64,000 bases of DNA from Eledone cirrhosa (GCA_964016885.1 OZ024740.1:153450001-153514000); one strand, 5' to 3'; numbered from the stretch's first letter, positions 23,821-37,201 are shown. Translations and numbers: made by a program. Notes: generated by a model from the sequence alone, not told the origin.

Positions 23821-25367
23821 TATATATATATATATATATGGTGGCTGCCAACTCATTTTCGAGTACGGCCACTACTTTATATCTATGTAGGAGAACCCCT
23901 ACCGATGCACTGAACGAGTGTGACTTTTTAGTCCAGCCAGCGACATGAAAACTCTGGTACAAACACTACACTTGTGACAATTATTGACACATAGTGCTGG
24001 GCCCATGATACCATGTGATGACAAGTGCAGAGAGATCTCCAGATATAAAGCAATGCCTGTGCTGTGAAGCTTTTATAGTGAGCAAAGGCACTGCACAAAG
24101 CCACTCCCACTCTCTTAACCAAGATGATATTTACCAAAAAGAACATATATATATATACATACATACATACATACATACACCACAAATACATACATACATA
24201 CAAAAGAAGAACATATATATATATACATACATACATACACGCACACACATACATAGCAGTTGTGTACTTCTTTTTGGAGATTTAGAAATGGCCACCTTAC
24301 TATGTAAGAACATACATATGTATCTATCTATAGAAAAGCCTATATGCTTGTGGGCAGGTCATGTCTCTGTGTTGATGTTTATCATGCTGGAATGATCCCA
24401 TGGGAGCTTCAATTAAAATCTTTCAAATTTTGAACCTAAGACCATGCATTTCCTGACACACAAAGAGGATGTTTTGACAGTATTTTAATTTCATCACGTT
24501 AAAAAATCATTCAAAACCAACCAGCTGGTATAGAACCAAAGGACAGAGGTGGGGTTGCTGTCTTTGTTCCTTCTCCTATTACAATATACTGTTTAATGAT
24601 ACCATTTACTACCAATACCACCACCACTACCACCAGCTATCATCAGTACCATCTCACTGCTATCACAACAACCAATACCATCACCACAATCATTTCTCAC
24701 CATTACCGTTTCCCCTATCCTCTCTGCCACCACTACCTTCCCCATTGCTACCACCACCACAATCACTAATACCAACATCCCTTCACAACCTAACCCCTAC
24801 TACCACCATCATTCCTAACCACAACAGGGAAGCTTAAACATGGTGGCTTGAAATGCTAGTAGTAATAGTAGTACCCTAATGTCCCTGAAATCTTACCCAG
24901 CCATCTTAAAAAAGATACATAAGATAATGTGGTTCTGAGTTCCTTGTATATAGTAAAAGGGATAACAGGGCTTTATCAAGTGTATACTTGATCAAAGCTG
25001 AAGAAGAATTAAACTACAACAACTGTCACCACAAGTACTACCAATATTACCATCACCTCCACCACTAACACCAACACCACCATTACCTACACCACAAATA
25101 ACCACCACTAACACCTACACCACTACCACCACCACCACCACCATCACTTACACCACCAACCAATCACCATCACCACCACCACAACTTACACTACAGGAGT
25201 AAAACACTTTTTATGTGTTGTGTGGCCAAAGACACTGGCTTACCCTTAGCAGCTAAGATAAAAATTCAATTGCTGATAAAATAAATATCAGTCTAAAGGT
25301 GTATCTAATGACCTTTGGCACTCTAAATACCCTATATTCCTGACTGGAAATCACCCTGATATCTCTC

Positions 25368-25424
<57 letters not shown>

Positions 25425-26289
25425 GTCACAGAGGATTGGCTCAAGGTGATCCATAGGATTTATGGACCCGACTCCAGTATTTATCTGCTATATCTTTTGT
25501 CGCATCAGCAGTCCATAACTCCTATGGGCCACCTTGACCTAATCCTCTGCGAACGCGCGTAACAAGTAGATACACAATAAATATTTTTCATATGTAAACG
25601 AAACTGCCTTGTTTTTTCTATTACATACACTCTGCCTGTGCATTGAGTGCTTGATTTGGTACCAACACCAGTATTTCACCCTACTACCTACACTATATAT
25701 AATGTGTGTGTGTGTGTGCATAGAACAATAAAAACAGAAGTCAGGTGTAAGTAGATAGTTAGTTCATCATTTCAGAGGGTCACTGTATATAGCATGGTAG
25801 TGGTTAAGTTACTACCTATTTCTAGTCTCAAAAACCCTGTTCAATCAGCTGTCCTACTACATATATTCCAATATTCCTCCATTTGTCACTATCTGTACTC
25901 ATTGTTCTATCCTTTCTCTCAGTCATTTCAACTACTTAACTATAATATATCTACTTACCTATGCCCCCCCCTCCCTTCTCTCTCTCTGTCTGTCTCACTC
26001 TCTCACACAATCATATACATACCAACCCACCTTCATATATAGCTATTCACCTGTCTGTACACTTAAATTAGTTATCTACTGTATCAATCTACCTACAGAC
26101 CTAATTATATGTGTAAACCTATCTTTTCTTACTATTGATCACTGTTGACTTGGAGGAACATAGACTGCAGTGAGTAGAATGTCCTGCTTAACATTGCGGA
26201 AGACAAGGCATCTCTCAACTGCTGGTGCCATGCTAAGAGTTATTGAGTACTCTCTGTAAAGTGGTGGATGTTCAAATGGTAACAATATA

Positions 26290-26477
26290 ATAATTGTTTC
26301 TACTTTAGGCACAAAGCCAGCAATTTGAAGGGGAGGGGAAAGTCAATTTAATCGACCCCAGTGCACTACTGTGCTTTATTTTATTAGCAGGATTTGAACT
26401 CAGAATATAAAGGGCCGTAACTCTATGTTTGCTAAGCGTGTTGTCCGATGCTTTATCGATACTGCCAATCCACCGCA
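26290..26477 (-). mobile_element. SINE family A, long subfamily (internally deleted)
   Basis: Consensus head and tail. Confidence 0.75.
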
Positions 26478-27407
26478 CGGATTCTTCAGTCACATAAAAA
26501 AAAACACAACAACCTGTCTCATGCTGATGCCAAGATAAAATGCACTCACTACACAGTATAAATTGATTGATATTCGGAAGAGCATCCAACCATAGAAACC
26601 ATGCTAGAAATAGAACATATAAGACATTATCCCCAACACATTGAGTAGGACAGTTGCACAGAGGTTTCCTCACAATTTTGACTGTGATTTATCTAGGCTT
26701 CATGGCAAACAGTTCAAGACAATTGTAAGTATCAGGCTGTTGCAGTCATTATATGCCATGATAGCAACTGAAGGTATGTGCATCGCAGCTACCTCTTCTG
26801 CCAAACTGATGACTTCATTCTACCCTTGGTTTGGTGAATGAGCTGCCTCTAAGTTTCCAAAGGGAGAGGCTGATTTAATGTGTTAACACACACACACACA
26901 GACCCTCACACATAAATGCACACTACACAGGAATCAAACTTACAAACTTACAATCCTGAGCCTAACACCCTAACCACTGAGCCAAACATCACACCATACA
27001 CATATACACACACACACTACACATATATAGATACACACACAATTACACACACACAGGCACATACATACATATACACTTATGTACCAAGATTACATTTGAA
27101 ATTTATCTGAGGACATGCAGAATATGGTTTACAAAGCTGCTAATCAAATATTTACTGAAGCTAATTACTTTCTGCCAATTAATTAGATCAGTACTGCTAT
27201 ATCATATTTTGTTTCCATTACATTTCCTCATTTATCTCTTCCCAACACCCCACTCCACCACACCTACATCAACATCACCCTCCCCTTACCTCATCTATAT
27301 TTATTATCACAATCATCATCATCATCGTTTGTTTTGTTAGTAGTAATTAATACTGAGAAGACTGTTATTTCTAAGTGAGAGGATTAGCAAGAGATTTATT
27401 ACAAGTT

Positions 27408-27426
27408 TCTGCTGCTACTGCTGCTA

Positions 27427-27467
<41 letters not shown>

Positions 27468-27890
27468 ACTACTGCTGCTGCCGCTGCTACTACTGCTGCT
27501 ACTACTACTACCACTACCGCTGCTGCTGCTGCTGCTGCTACTGGGGATGACACTGATTATGATGATGGGGATGACAATGGTAGTGGTCATGGTGATGATG
27601 ATGATAATGTTAATGTTGATGATGATAATGTTGATGGTGATGATAACTATGATGACGACGATGATGACGATAACGATGATAATAATAACGATGATAATGT
27701 TGATGATGATAATGATGATGATGTTGACAATGATGATGGTGACAATGATGATGGTGACAATGATGATGGTGACAATGATGATGGTGACAATGATGATGGT
27801 GACAATGATGATGGTGACAATGATGATGGTGACAATGATGGTGGTGACAATGATGATGGTGACAATGATGATGGTGATGATAACGACTAT
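27408..27890. repeat. Compound (CTG/CTA)n + (GAT)n repeat ending in a 15-bp unit (GACAATGATGATGGT)n
   Basis: Direct inspection. Confidence 0.9.
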
Positions 27891-28092
27891 GGTAGTGGGT
27901 GATGGTGGCTACAGTTAGAGGAGATTGTGATAGTGGTAAATGAAATGATAATGATGAAGATGGTAATCCAGAAATGTTGTCTCAACTTACAGGCAATGAA
28001 CGGCTTACAAGATCACCAGTTTTATTGCAGATAGGCAAAACATGATATTTAATCTTAATCTTACCAAAATCAAACCATGTAATTTGACATTA

Positions 28093-28131
<39 letters not shown>

Positions 28132-28222
28132 TCATACACAAACACATACACACGCACACACATACTCACATAAACACACATATACACAAACATATATATA
28201 TATATACACACGGTATATATAT

Positions 28223-28408
28223 GGCGGTGGATTGGTAGTATCGGTAGAAAGTCGGACGCCATGCTTTCCAGCATAGTTACGTCCCTTTACGGTCTGAGTT
28301 CAAATCCCACCGAGGTTAACTTTGCCTTTCATCCTTACGGGGTTGATAAAATAAAGTACCAGTAATGTACTGGGTAATTGCTGGCCTTGTGCCTAAAGTA
28401 GAAACAAT
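28223..28408 (+). mobile_element. SINE family A
   Basis: Consensus match. Confidence 0.85.
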
Positions 28409-28452
28409 ATATATATATACACACACATATGTATACATAAACATACTCACAT

Positions 28453-29117
28453 ACCAGGTATGTTCAATAAGCAATGAGAAAATTTCAGGAGAGGCATTAA
28501 ATATCAGTCAATTAGAATACTACTTTATGCTGAAGACTTACATATAATGAATAAAATGATTAACTGGCAACTTCTTATCTGCCTAGGTTGGAGCGTAGTG
28601 GCATATGTGGCGGAACCAGTGTGATTTGATTTGCTGATCTATCAACATGTGGCAAGATGCAGGGAAACATGGAGAAACTTTACACCATCAAATTTAAGAA
28701 ACCAAACAAAAAGCCTATGGAATGTTAGAGGAACCCTATGGAGGTGCATTGATGAAAAAAGCAAGTTTCTACAGATGGTTTAAATGATTGTCTGAAGGAA
28801 ATGAACAGGTTGAAGATGAATGCAGATCTAGAGCATTGAACAGCACACAAAAGAAGCACATAATTCACAAAGTGTGAACATTAGTGATGCAAGGTCATTA
28901 GGCTACTGTGAAGAAGATATCTGTAACTGCTGGTATTAATATTGGCATAGTGGAGACAATTCTGACCAGAGATCTAGAGCTCCACAAAGTCTGTGCCAAG
29001 TTCATGCCAAATATCCTCTCCCATGAGCAGAAGCAGTTTCATATAGATTATTTCACTGACATTTTCGATATGATAGAGGCTAATTCTGGTTTCCTGAATA
29101 AATTAGTGACTAGCTAG
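28453..29117 (+). mobile_element. Mariner transposon relic (left TIR + N-terminal transposase)
   Basis: TIR-like taccaggtatgttcaataag. Encodes ..IVETILTRDLELHKVCAKFMPNILSHEQK..FLNKLVTS, matching the mariner WVPHxL and IVTGDE region. Multiple lesions. Confidence 0.75.
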
Positions 29118-29261
29118 TTTGGCTACTGCATAGAGCAGACAAAACCCACAGGATGCCATTGTTTTTACATACACCTTTTCATGTTAGCATGTTTAGACAA
29201 GAAATTTTGATGCAGTATTCTACTGCCAGATGCTGACACATGCACGTACATGTGTGTGTGT

Positions 29262-29326
<65 letters not shown>

Positions 29327-29421
29327 TGTGTATCTATACTGACTGGGAAAATCACAATCCATCAAAGATAAAAACTATAAACTGTTCTATTTGCCACAAA
29401 AGTAAAAGAAATAACACTTAC

Positions 29422-29536
29422 AGATTATAATGAACATCAGCCATATTGCTGCGGTATTTCAGTGCATTCTTGTATGCAAACTCTGCATCTTTCTCTTTGC
29501 CTTGGCTGTTTAACACATTGGCAAGATTTCCCCATG
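29422..29536 (-). CDS. TMTC2: TMTC2-like 115-bp exon (first TPR)
   Basis: ctattaaag|CA TGG GGA AAT ... TAT AAT CT|gtaagt = (A)WGNLANVLNSQGKEKDAEFAYKNALKYRSNMADVHYN(L). Phase 1 in, phase 2 out. Confidence 0.9.
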
Positions 29537-29572
29537 CTTTAATAGAACATTAGAAGAAAATAATAATAATAA

Positions 29573-29960
29573 TAATTGTTTCTACTTTTGGCACAAGGCC
29601 AGCAATTACCCAGTGCATTACTGGTACTTTATTTTATCAACCCCGTAAGGATGAAAGGCAAAGTTAACCTCGGCGGAATTCGAACTCAGAATGGCAAGGG
29701 CCGTAACTCTAAGCGTCAAAGCATAGTGTCCGACCCTCTACTGATACTGCCAAAATAATAATGGTTTCTAATTTAGGCACAAGGCCAGCAATTTGAAGGG
29801 GAGGGGAAAGTCGATTAAATCAACCCCAGTGCATTACTGGTGCTTTATTTTATCAACCCCATAAGGATGAAAGGCAAAGCTAACCTTGGCAGGATTTGAA
29901 CTCAGAACGTAAAGGGCTGTTGTCCAAGCGTGTTGTCCAATATACAACCGATATTGCCAC
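29573..29960 (-). mobile_element. SINE family A tandem pair (short + long subfamily)
   Basis: Two adjacent copies just upstream of the 115-bp exon. Confidence 0.82.
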
Positions 29961-30340
29961 TAATAATAACAATAATGATTTCTACTCTTTCCAACATTTG
30001 CACAAGTCCAGCAATTTAGGAGGAATTTATCTTTTCTACTATAATGCAGTAACTGACAAATGGAATATTTAAAAATGCAGGTGCCTGAAGACTTCAACCA
30101 TGTTTATCTTTTGCTTCTACTTTGTCATACATTTCTTGGCTAGGTTGTCATATATTTTTTGACAGGGTTATTCTCTTGTGAATTAGACTACTACATTGGC
30201 AACACAACATATATAAGAAGTATATTATACAACAGTGGACAAAAGAAACAAATTAATAATTCAATAAACTAAACAGGCTCACTTCAAATTTTCTTCTTCA
30301 GATTCTTTTTAATTGAGTATCAGAAACTTTGCTCCGTAAG

Positions 30341-30680
30341 TACTCTCAAGTCTTGAATTATTGTACACACCCACCATTGTTAATTAATTTTTCAGACCAC
30401 CCCCCCCTGCTTATTAAATTTTGCTATCTATCTCCAGCAAAATGTTATAGTAAGTGATTCATATTGATACAACAGCTGGAGAATCTAATAATAATTTTAT
30501 TTAACATTAAAAAAACATTATATACGGCAACAAAAGAACATTACAAGAAATGTCATATTTACGAACGAACACCATGCAATTACCAATTTCCCAACTCCCT
30601 TGTTTATTTCAACCCTCCCGCTTATAAGAATTCAAGCAAATGTTCAAACACCCTTCTCTATTATTTGAGAGCCGAGAGTA
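30341..30680. mobile_element. ~340-bp MITE-like DNA element (second copy)
   Basis: TACTCTC...GAGAGTA inverted termini. Shares cttattaaattttgcta, gatacaacagctgga and acattacaagaaat with 3284-3624. Confidence 0.65.
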
Positions 30681-30806
30681 GGTGAAATTTAGCTCCTGGA
30701 GTAAATTTCTTGAAAGTTAGAAGTCTCTGACACAGGGCAACCAATGGATGTAAAGAAGTAATAAAAGTAAAGGAAAACTTTAAATAATTAGAAAAAGAAA
30801 ATTTAC

Positions 30807-31695
30807 CTTTTGCTGGGTTGATATTAATTCCAGAACGATACAGATATTCCTCAGTCAGCCAGTCTTGATTCCTAATAAATGTCCGTGCGGTGAGGGAAAC
30901 TAAAATACATATGACATTAACTATGATAGCTGTCCGACATATCCAACTGGAATGATAGTGAATGTAGAGTTTTTCGGCACCTTTGGCAACCAGCAAGCAA
31001 AACCCCATGCTGGGTATATAGAGGACACGCTCTGCAATCACAAAGCCTACGTAGAAAAATAGATTTGTGGCCGGAATAAACGGCACAATAATGACAGCCA
31101 ATGAAAAAATAATGCAGTTTAATGAAGATCTAGCATCTTCCTCGACAGTTAATGTGTTTTGATGACTAACAGATTCTGAATTTTTTAATTTTCCTCGGGT
31201 CCCATTTAGCACCCTTGGAGGATGATGGTGTGAATCTGTAGTACCATTTCTATGGATTTTTGATACTTTTAAGCTGTGCGCAACAATGTGTGAATTGTGT
31301 TGTGAGTTATGTTGTGTAAAGTGCAATTCTGTTGGTGTAACCTGTGTGCAGTTTGATATGTGTTTTAGAATATAAATAGCAATGTACAAGAGGCCACTGT
31401 AGAAGACCAAGGTAATGATATTCCGTGAATCTCCCAAGCTCTCAACAAGCGGTATAGAGTTCATTGACCAATCAAAGCTCAGAATGTGAGGACAAAGAAG
31501 CAGCCACAAGTTTAAAGGTAGCAGATAGTGGAATGTCAAAGTTCGTGTGAGGAGGCTTTTAGAGTCAGCCGCAGGATTGTCAGAAGGGGCAAATTCTGGT
31601 GGCTTGCTCCCCATTAAACAAAATCGTAGCAACAGTAAACCAGCTGAGCAGACAAACAACATTAAAAGACCTTCCCGGAGACGACTATATTGCTT
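30807..31695 (-). CDS. TMTC2: TMTC2-like 889-bp exon (transmembrane GT-C region, DUF1736)
   Basis: Within ORF 30661..31776: KPPEFAPSDNPAADSKSLLTRTLTF, LSFDWSM, PFIPATNLFFYVGFVIAERVLYIPSMGFC and RNQDW, all TMTC family motifs. Acceptor ctttttcag, donor AAAG|gtaaat. Confidence 0.95.
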
Positions 31696-31794
31696 CTGAA
31701 AAAGGAAAAGAAAGAAAATATATATAAGAATTATATATATAGATATATACATATACATACATACATACACACACACACATGAAAGAATACAATA

Positions 31795-32165
31795 GCAAAT
31801 ACAGCAGCAGAAATGAGGTTCTTTGGAACAACGTTACTCGATAGAGTGTTTAGCTTGGAGATCAGAGAGTCACTCCAGGTAGAGCCACTACTTCACCAAA
31901 TTGAAAGATCACACCTCCAACAATATAGGCATGTGGTTAGAATGTCTGAAGGAAGAATCGATGGACAGATTTTTACGAGCAAAACCAGCCGGCAGGAGAG
32001 CCAGGAGTAGACTCCGAGCAAGATGGTTGGATAACATCCATGAGCTCGGCGGGTCACACTGAGATCCAGCTGAATCACTTGGAGACGGTTGCTTCTGACA
32101 GTACCTAATGGAAGGAGTACTTAAGAACTCTTCCCTTATGACCTTCCCAGGAATAGGTGGGTTAA
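31795..32165 (+). mobile_element. 3' fragment of the second RTE-type LINE family
   Basis: Similar to 3870-4320 (acgttactcgataga...gatcagagag...ggataacatccatgagc). The tail runs into a purine-rich GAA-derived array. Confidence 0.78.
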
Positions 32166-32368
32166 GAAGAAGAGGAAAAAGAAGAGGAAAGAGAAGAGGA
32201 AAAAGAGGAAAGAGAAGAGGAAAAAGAAGAGGAAAAAGGAAGAGGAAAAAGGAAGAGGAAAAAGGAAGAGGAAAAAAGAAGAGGAAAAAGAAAGAGGAAA
32301 AAAGAAGAGGAAAAAGAAAGAGGAAAAAGAAAGAGGAAAAAGAAAGAGGAAGAAGAAAGAGGAAGAAG
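32164..32368. repeat. Polypurine GAA/GGAAAAA-derived array
   Basis: Direct inspection. Abuts a LINE tail. Confidence 0.9.
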
Positions 32369-32430
32369 ACACATACATATAGATAATCACATCTGTGCAT
32401 ATACAAACAAATATGTATACGAGATATATA

Positions 32431-32499
<69 letters not shown>

Positions 32500-32519
32500 T
32501 AAAAATTATATACACACAG

Positions 32520-32565
<46 letters not shown>

Positions 32566-32609
32566 TAAGAGAGTAAAACAAAGAATCCTTTAATACATCA
32601 AAAGTTTTT

Positions 32610-32654
32610 ATTAGCCGACAATGTTTCGTCCTATTAAGGACTCATCAGGGCAAT
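32610..32654 (-). ncRNA. Minimal type I hammerhead ribozyme
   Basis: AUUGCC CUGAUGA GUCC-uuaaua-GGAC GAAA CAUUG UC^ GGC(U)AAU. Canonical core, stem II GUCC/GGAC, GUC cleavage triplet. Confidence 0.85.
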
Positions 32655-33948
32655 CAAAACAACAAGAGGTAATTTCGGCAGATACAAGCCAGAAACTCTG
32701 AAGAATATGGAGTTTACATACACTAATGTCTTACAGGGATATACGATAATAAAAATGAAGATAAAACTAATAAAATTATAATAACTAAGGATGTAGATAA
32801 CATTAAGAACCATATTACAAATTTTTCGGCTCTGTTTAACTGCATTGAGCTATACCTTTTACTGTCATTTCTATAATACGAAGAGGGTGTTTGACTCAAA
32901 CACGCTCCAGTATTCTAATCCTTATATATATATACATATATATAGAATTCACAAGAATCAAAGCTATGTTCAAAGCATTTATTCACTTACTAAGGTAGTA
33001 ATAAATTACTGACCTTCACTGTTTAGGGTTTAAAATATACATAACTATAAAAAGTTTTAGTATATACATAACCATAAATAGTATCCTTAATCGAAAAAAA
33101 TGAAACGAAATTTCATTTCCCACTCTTAGTACGGCTGTTACTTAAATATAAGTATGTACACGTACATACATATATGTATACAGACGTACAGTAGTATGTA
33201 TATATATATACATACATGCACACATATATATATGTATGTATGTATGGATTCACCATGTTAAGCCTCGCAACAAAAACAACCTGCTCTATAATATTGGATT
33301 ATAGAACAACAAGCTGTAATATTCCAACCTAATTCATCAAGGATCCAATATTGAATCATCGTAGATTATGTGAAGGACATATAATCTATATAATACGTTT
33401 CCTGGATTGTGAAAATGGTGGGGTATACGAAAAACCATAACACTGTTTTGCTTCTCATGCTTAAATATTTCTCTGCATATAAGCTTCTATATCATACATA
33501 TAAAATACTATACAACCCCCATAATACTTTGATTGCCCGCTTAAAGTGCTTATATTCCATATAACACCTTACCGCACTATAATCTTATATAAATAGGACA
33601 CACGTGCATGCCCCACGTGTAACTAACTTCTTCTAACTATCCTCCTGCATCTTCTTTGTAAACTGCCAATGTTGTATTATAACTTTAATTTTGTTGTAAT
33701 TTTCTTTTAATATGACTTTAATCTTTGAATGTAAACTGCCATGCTTAAATATTATAATGGATGTCAACCCACTGTGCATCAATATATACATATGTTTCTC
33801 TATGTCTCTTGTGTTGAAAAGGAGGTCATGTATGTAAACAATCATTGAAAAAATTGCTCCGAAGACTCCAAACCTCGGTTTGGAAGAAACAATTGTAAGC
33901 GAATAAATGATTTGAACAGAACTTTGATTCATGTAAATTCTATATATA

Positions 33949-35528
33949 TTGACAGAGTCCCCCAATCCATTATCTGGTGGGCACTTAAAAAACTAGGTGT
34001 AGATGAATGTATAAAGAAACAGTCAGCAAGGTTAGAATTAACAACGAATATAGTTAAGAGTTTAGTGTAAAAGTTGGTGTTCATCAGGGCTCCGTCCTTA
34101 GCCCCCTCCTATTTATTATTGCCCTTTAGGCTATAACAGAGGAGTTCAAGACCGGCTACCCATGGGAACTCCTATACGCAGATGATCTAACGCTCATAGC
34201 TGAATCAATGCCTGAACTAGAGAAGAAATTCCAAACATGGAAGCATGGCCTAGAATCAAAAGGCCTTAAAATTAACCTGTCTAAGACTAAAGTTCTAGTA
34301 TGTAGGAAGGAAAATAGGGCACTGGTCCCATCTGGGTAATGGCCATGCTCAGTGTGTAGGAAAGGAGTAGGCAGAAACTCCATTTTATGTCCCCAATGCT
34401 AAGTATGGGTGGATAAAAGATGTAGTAGGATCACAGGTAAGCTAACTAAGAATATAGATCTTATATGTGGCCGGTGCTCAGGTGCACTAAGTAGCAGCAA
34501 GTGCCTACAGAATACTAGCTCATTCCATTGCACAGATGGTTCTATAGAAATAGTGGACACCTTCTGTTACCTGGGTGACAAAACCAGCAGTGGTGGAGGG
34601 TGCTCTGAAAGTACAGTAGCTAGAGTCAGAACGGGATGGAAAAAGTTCAGAGAGCTTATACCACTATTGGCCGCTAAAGGTTTCTATCTAAAAATGAAAG
34701 GCAGGCTGTATGATGCCTGCATACAAACAGCAATGTCACATGGCAGTGAGGCTTGGGCATTGTGTGCAGAGGATCTATGCAGACTGGAGAGGAACGAAGC
34801 TTGCATGCTCCGTTGGATGTGTAATAGTAATATAGGTGAACGGCAAAGCATAAATGAACTAAGCGAGAAATTAGGAATAAGAGGGATCAGCTGCTGTTTA
34901 CGCGAGGGAAGACTACGTTGGTATGGACACGTGATGCGCATGAAAGACGACAGCTGTATAAAAAAGTGCAGGGCGATCAAAATAGACGGTAGCCACGGAG
35001 TAGGCAGACCCAGAAAACCTGGGACGACTTGATAAATTCCGACCTCACACACTTACACTTCTCCAAGACAATGTCTCTGGACCGAGATCTTTGGTGCTAC
35101 ACAGTAATACAGAAGACCCGCCTTGCCTAAGTACAAAGCGAAACCTACAGTCAGTAGGCACCTCTTAACGAAAATACACCTCCCCCCGTCCCACTACCCC
35201 CACCCCATCCACACTACTCCTTTCGATGTAAAGTTATGTTGGTACGACAACATCCAGTCCTAAATAAATGAGGTCGTGTAGGTGTCACGACAAAAAAAAA
35301 AAACACAGTCCACGCTGTAATGTGGCCGTGTAGGTAACACGGTAAAAACCTCCCAGTCCACACTGTAAATGTGGTTGGTGCTAGGAAGGGCATCCAGTCG
35401 TAGAAAACTCACCAGACAGTCCTATACGAGCAAGAGAACCAATCTTGCCTCAAGTGGGAAAATACCCACCCAAACCCATGCTAGAGTGGAAGATGGACGT
35501 TAAACGATGAAGATGATGATGATGATGA

Positions 35529-35530
<2 letters not shown>
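33949..35530 (+). mobile_element. 5'-truncated, decayed copy of the same RTE LINE
   Basis: Colinear with ~15349-17050 (YADD, PHD region, 3' UTR, (GAT)n tail). Has in-frame stops and a ~24-bp deletion near 34008. Flanked by (TA)n. Confidence 0.92.
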
Positions 35531-35584
<54 letters not shown>

Positions 35585-36499
35585 CAAACACATCCCTACA
35601 TACATGTGTATAAAATGAACATTTTAAGATATCGCAAACTTATTTTGGTTTTATACGAACATCATTAAAGATATTCAAAGACATTGAGTTTAATCATGAT
35701 ATGTCAGTACTATCTCTGATAAAAGGCAAAATGGATATATATGCACACAAATGCCCTATTTACCACATCTACCTGACCCTTGGGTGTCTTAAGTTCACCT
35801 TTGGGAGTTCACCTTTTAGCAAGCATTTCATTCAGGCTTGAGTTCCCCCCTCCCCACTTACATTTTACCTGTAGATATTGAATTACAGATATTTAGATCT
35901 GGATATCAGCTGCATCAATCTCATCTGTCGAGGAGAAGGTAATCTGTAAAACATGGCTGTGACTTTAACTCTTAACATCTGTAACCCATGAAACTTTAAC
36001 TGCCCCACAGTAAAAAATTAAACTCTTTACTTTAGTTTACTGAAAATTTTCATAACAATCTGTCCACAAATAAAAATACTATAAACTTTTGAATTAGCAA
36101 ACCCATTTAAAATATTTTCTGCCAAATAATTACGGGGTGTTAAGTAGACAAGGTGCTGAACTACTGGCTACAAGTCATTTCAAATTTTACTTTAATCATG
36201 AAATTTCATATAAATCGAAGGGAAAAAATGTTCAGCGGGGTTTTGTACCCTCGGGGAACCCTTTGATTAAAATGAAATATACTTATCCAAGTAACCTGGG
36301 CAATGTAGTTTCAGAATATATATGGTTATGGGGGTCTATCTCCCAAACCATAGGAGTTCGTGAACAAACAAACAAACAGACAAAGAGACAAACAGACAGG
36401 AACTACAACTTTATATATATATGTTAAGGGTGAAAGCAGCAATTTTTTGCTTAAACTTCAATCTGTTATTTTAATAAATATATATATATATATATATAT

Positions 36500-36826
36500 T
36501 GGAGGCACATGGCTTAGTGGTTAGAGCCTTGCAATCGAAAGGTTGTGAGTTCAATTCTTAGACCGGGTGATGTGTTGTTTCCTTGAGCAAGACACTATTT
36601 CACATTGCACCAGTTTACTCAGCTGTAGAAATGAGATGATAGGGACCCCAGTCCCTATCATTCCACTGTAAAGTGATCGTGGAGGTGCCACGGCAAAAAA
36701 GCACCCAGCACTCACTGTAAATGAGGTTGATGTTAGGAAGGGCATCCAGCTGTAGAAATAAAGCCAGAATCAGTTCCCCTCCCACCCTTGCAAGCAGGGA
36801 AAAGCGGACATAAAATGAAATGATGA
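36500..36826 (+). mobile_element. tRNA-derived SINE family B with an RTE-type 3' end
   Basis: A box TGGCTTAGTGG, B box GAGTTCAATTC and central TCCTTGAGCAAGACAC. The 3' part is shared with the LINE 3' UTR, and there is a (TGA)n tail. Confidence 0.85.
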
Positions 36827-36832
36827 TATATA

Positions 36833-37093
36833 CAGGGCCGAATTTAGATTTGATGAGGCCCTAAGCTATTTGAGATAATGGGGCCCTTTATATGTTATAA
36901 AAAATGTTATAAAAACTGCAAAACGTTCAATATTAAAGCAGAAAACTGTTTAAAACTATTGCATTATTTTAGTTCTTTTTTATATTATATTTTGGAAATG
37001 TACACACCGTTTTTTTTCAATTTTTTCGGGGCCCCAAGATAGTGAGGACCCTAAGCTATAGCTTGTTTAGCTTATACGTAAATCCCACTCTGG
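36833..37093. mobile_element. hAT-like MITE
   Basis: CAGGGCCGAATTTA...TAAATCCCACTCTG imperfect TIRs, with repeated subterminal GGGCCC/CCCTAAGCTAT motifs. Confidence 0.5.
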
Positions 37094-37100
37094 ATATATA

Positions 37101-37201
37101 CAGAGTGTCCCACAAAAATGTATGCATACTTTTATTACCTGGACGGGTGATATTTATTAGAATGCTGTTAAAGTGAGTATACATTTTTTTGGGACACCAT
37201 A
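37101..37201. mobile_element. Tc1/mariner-type MITE (second copy)
   Basis: cagagtgtcccacaaaaatgtat...atacattttttgggacacc. The interior is the reverse complement of the 6372-6476 interior. Confidence 0.65.

Noticed and set aside
27375-27918. 175-aa Ala/Thr/Asp-rich and Met-rich ORFs
   Set aside because: Translations of trinucleotide and 15-bp repeats that are open in several frames, with no splice or homology support.
35640-36420. Additional Helitron-like element (acaa/acag repeats then ctttatatat end)
   Set aside because: Only one terminus is suggestive. No matching hairpin-CTAG end was located, so it was not called.
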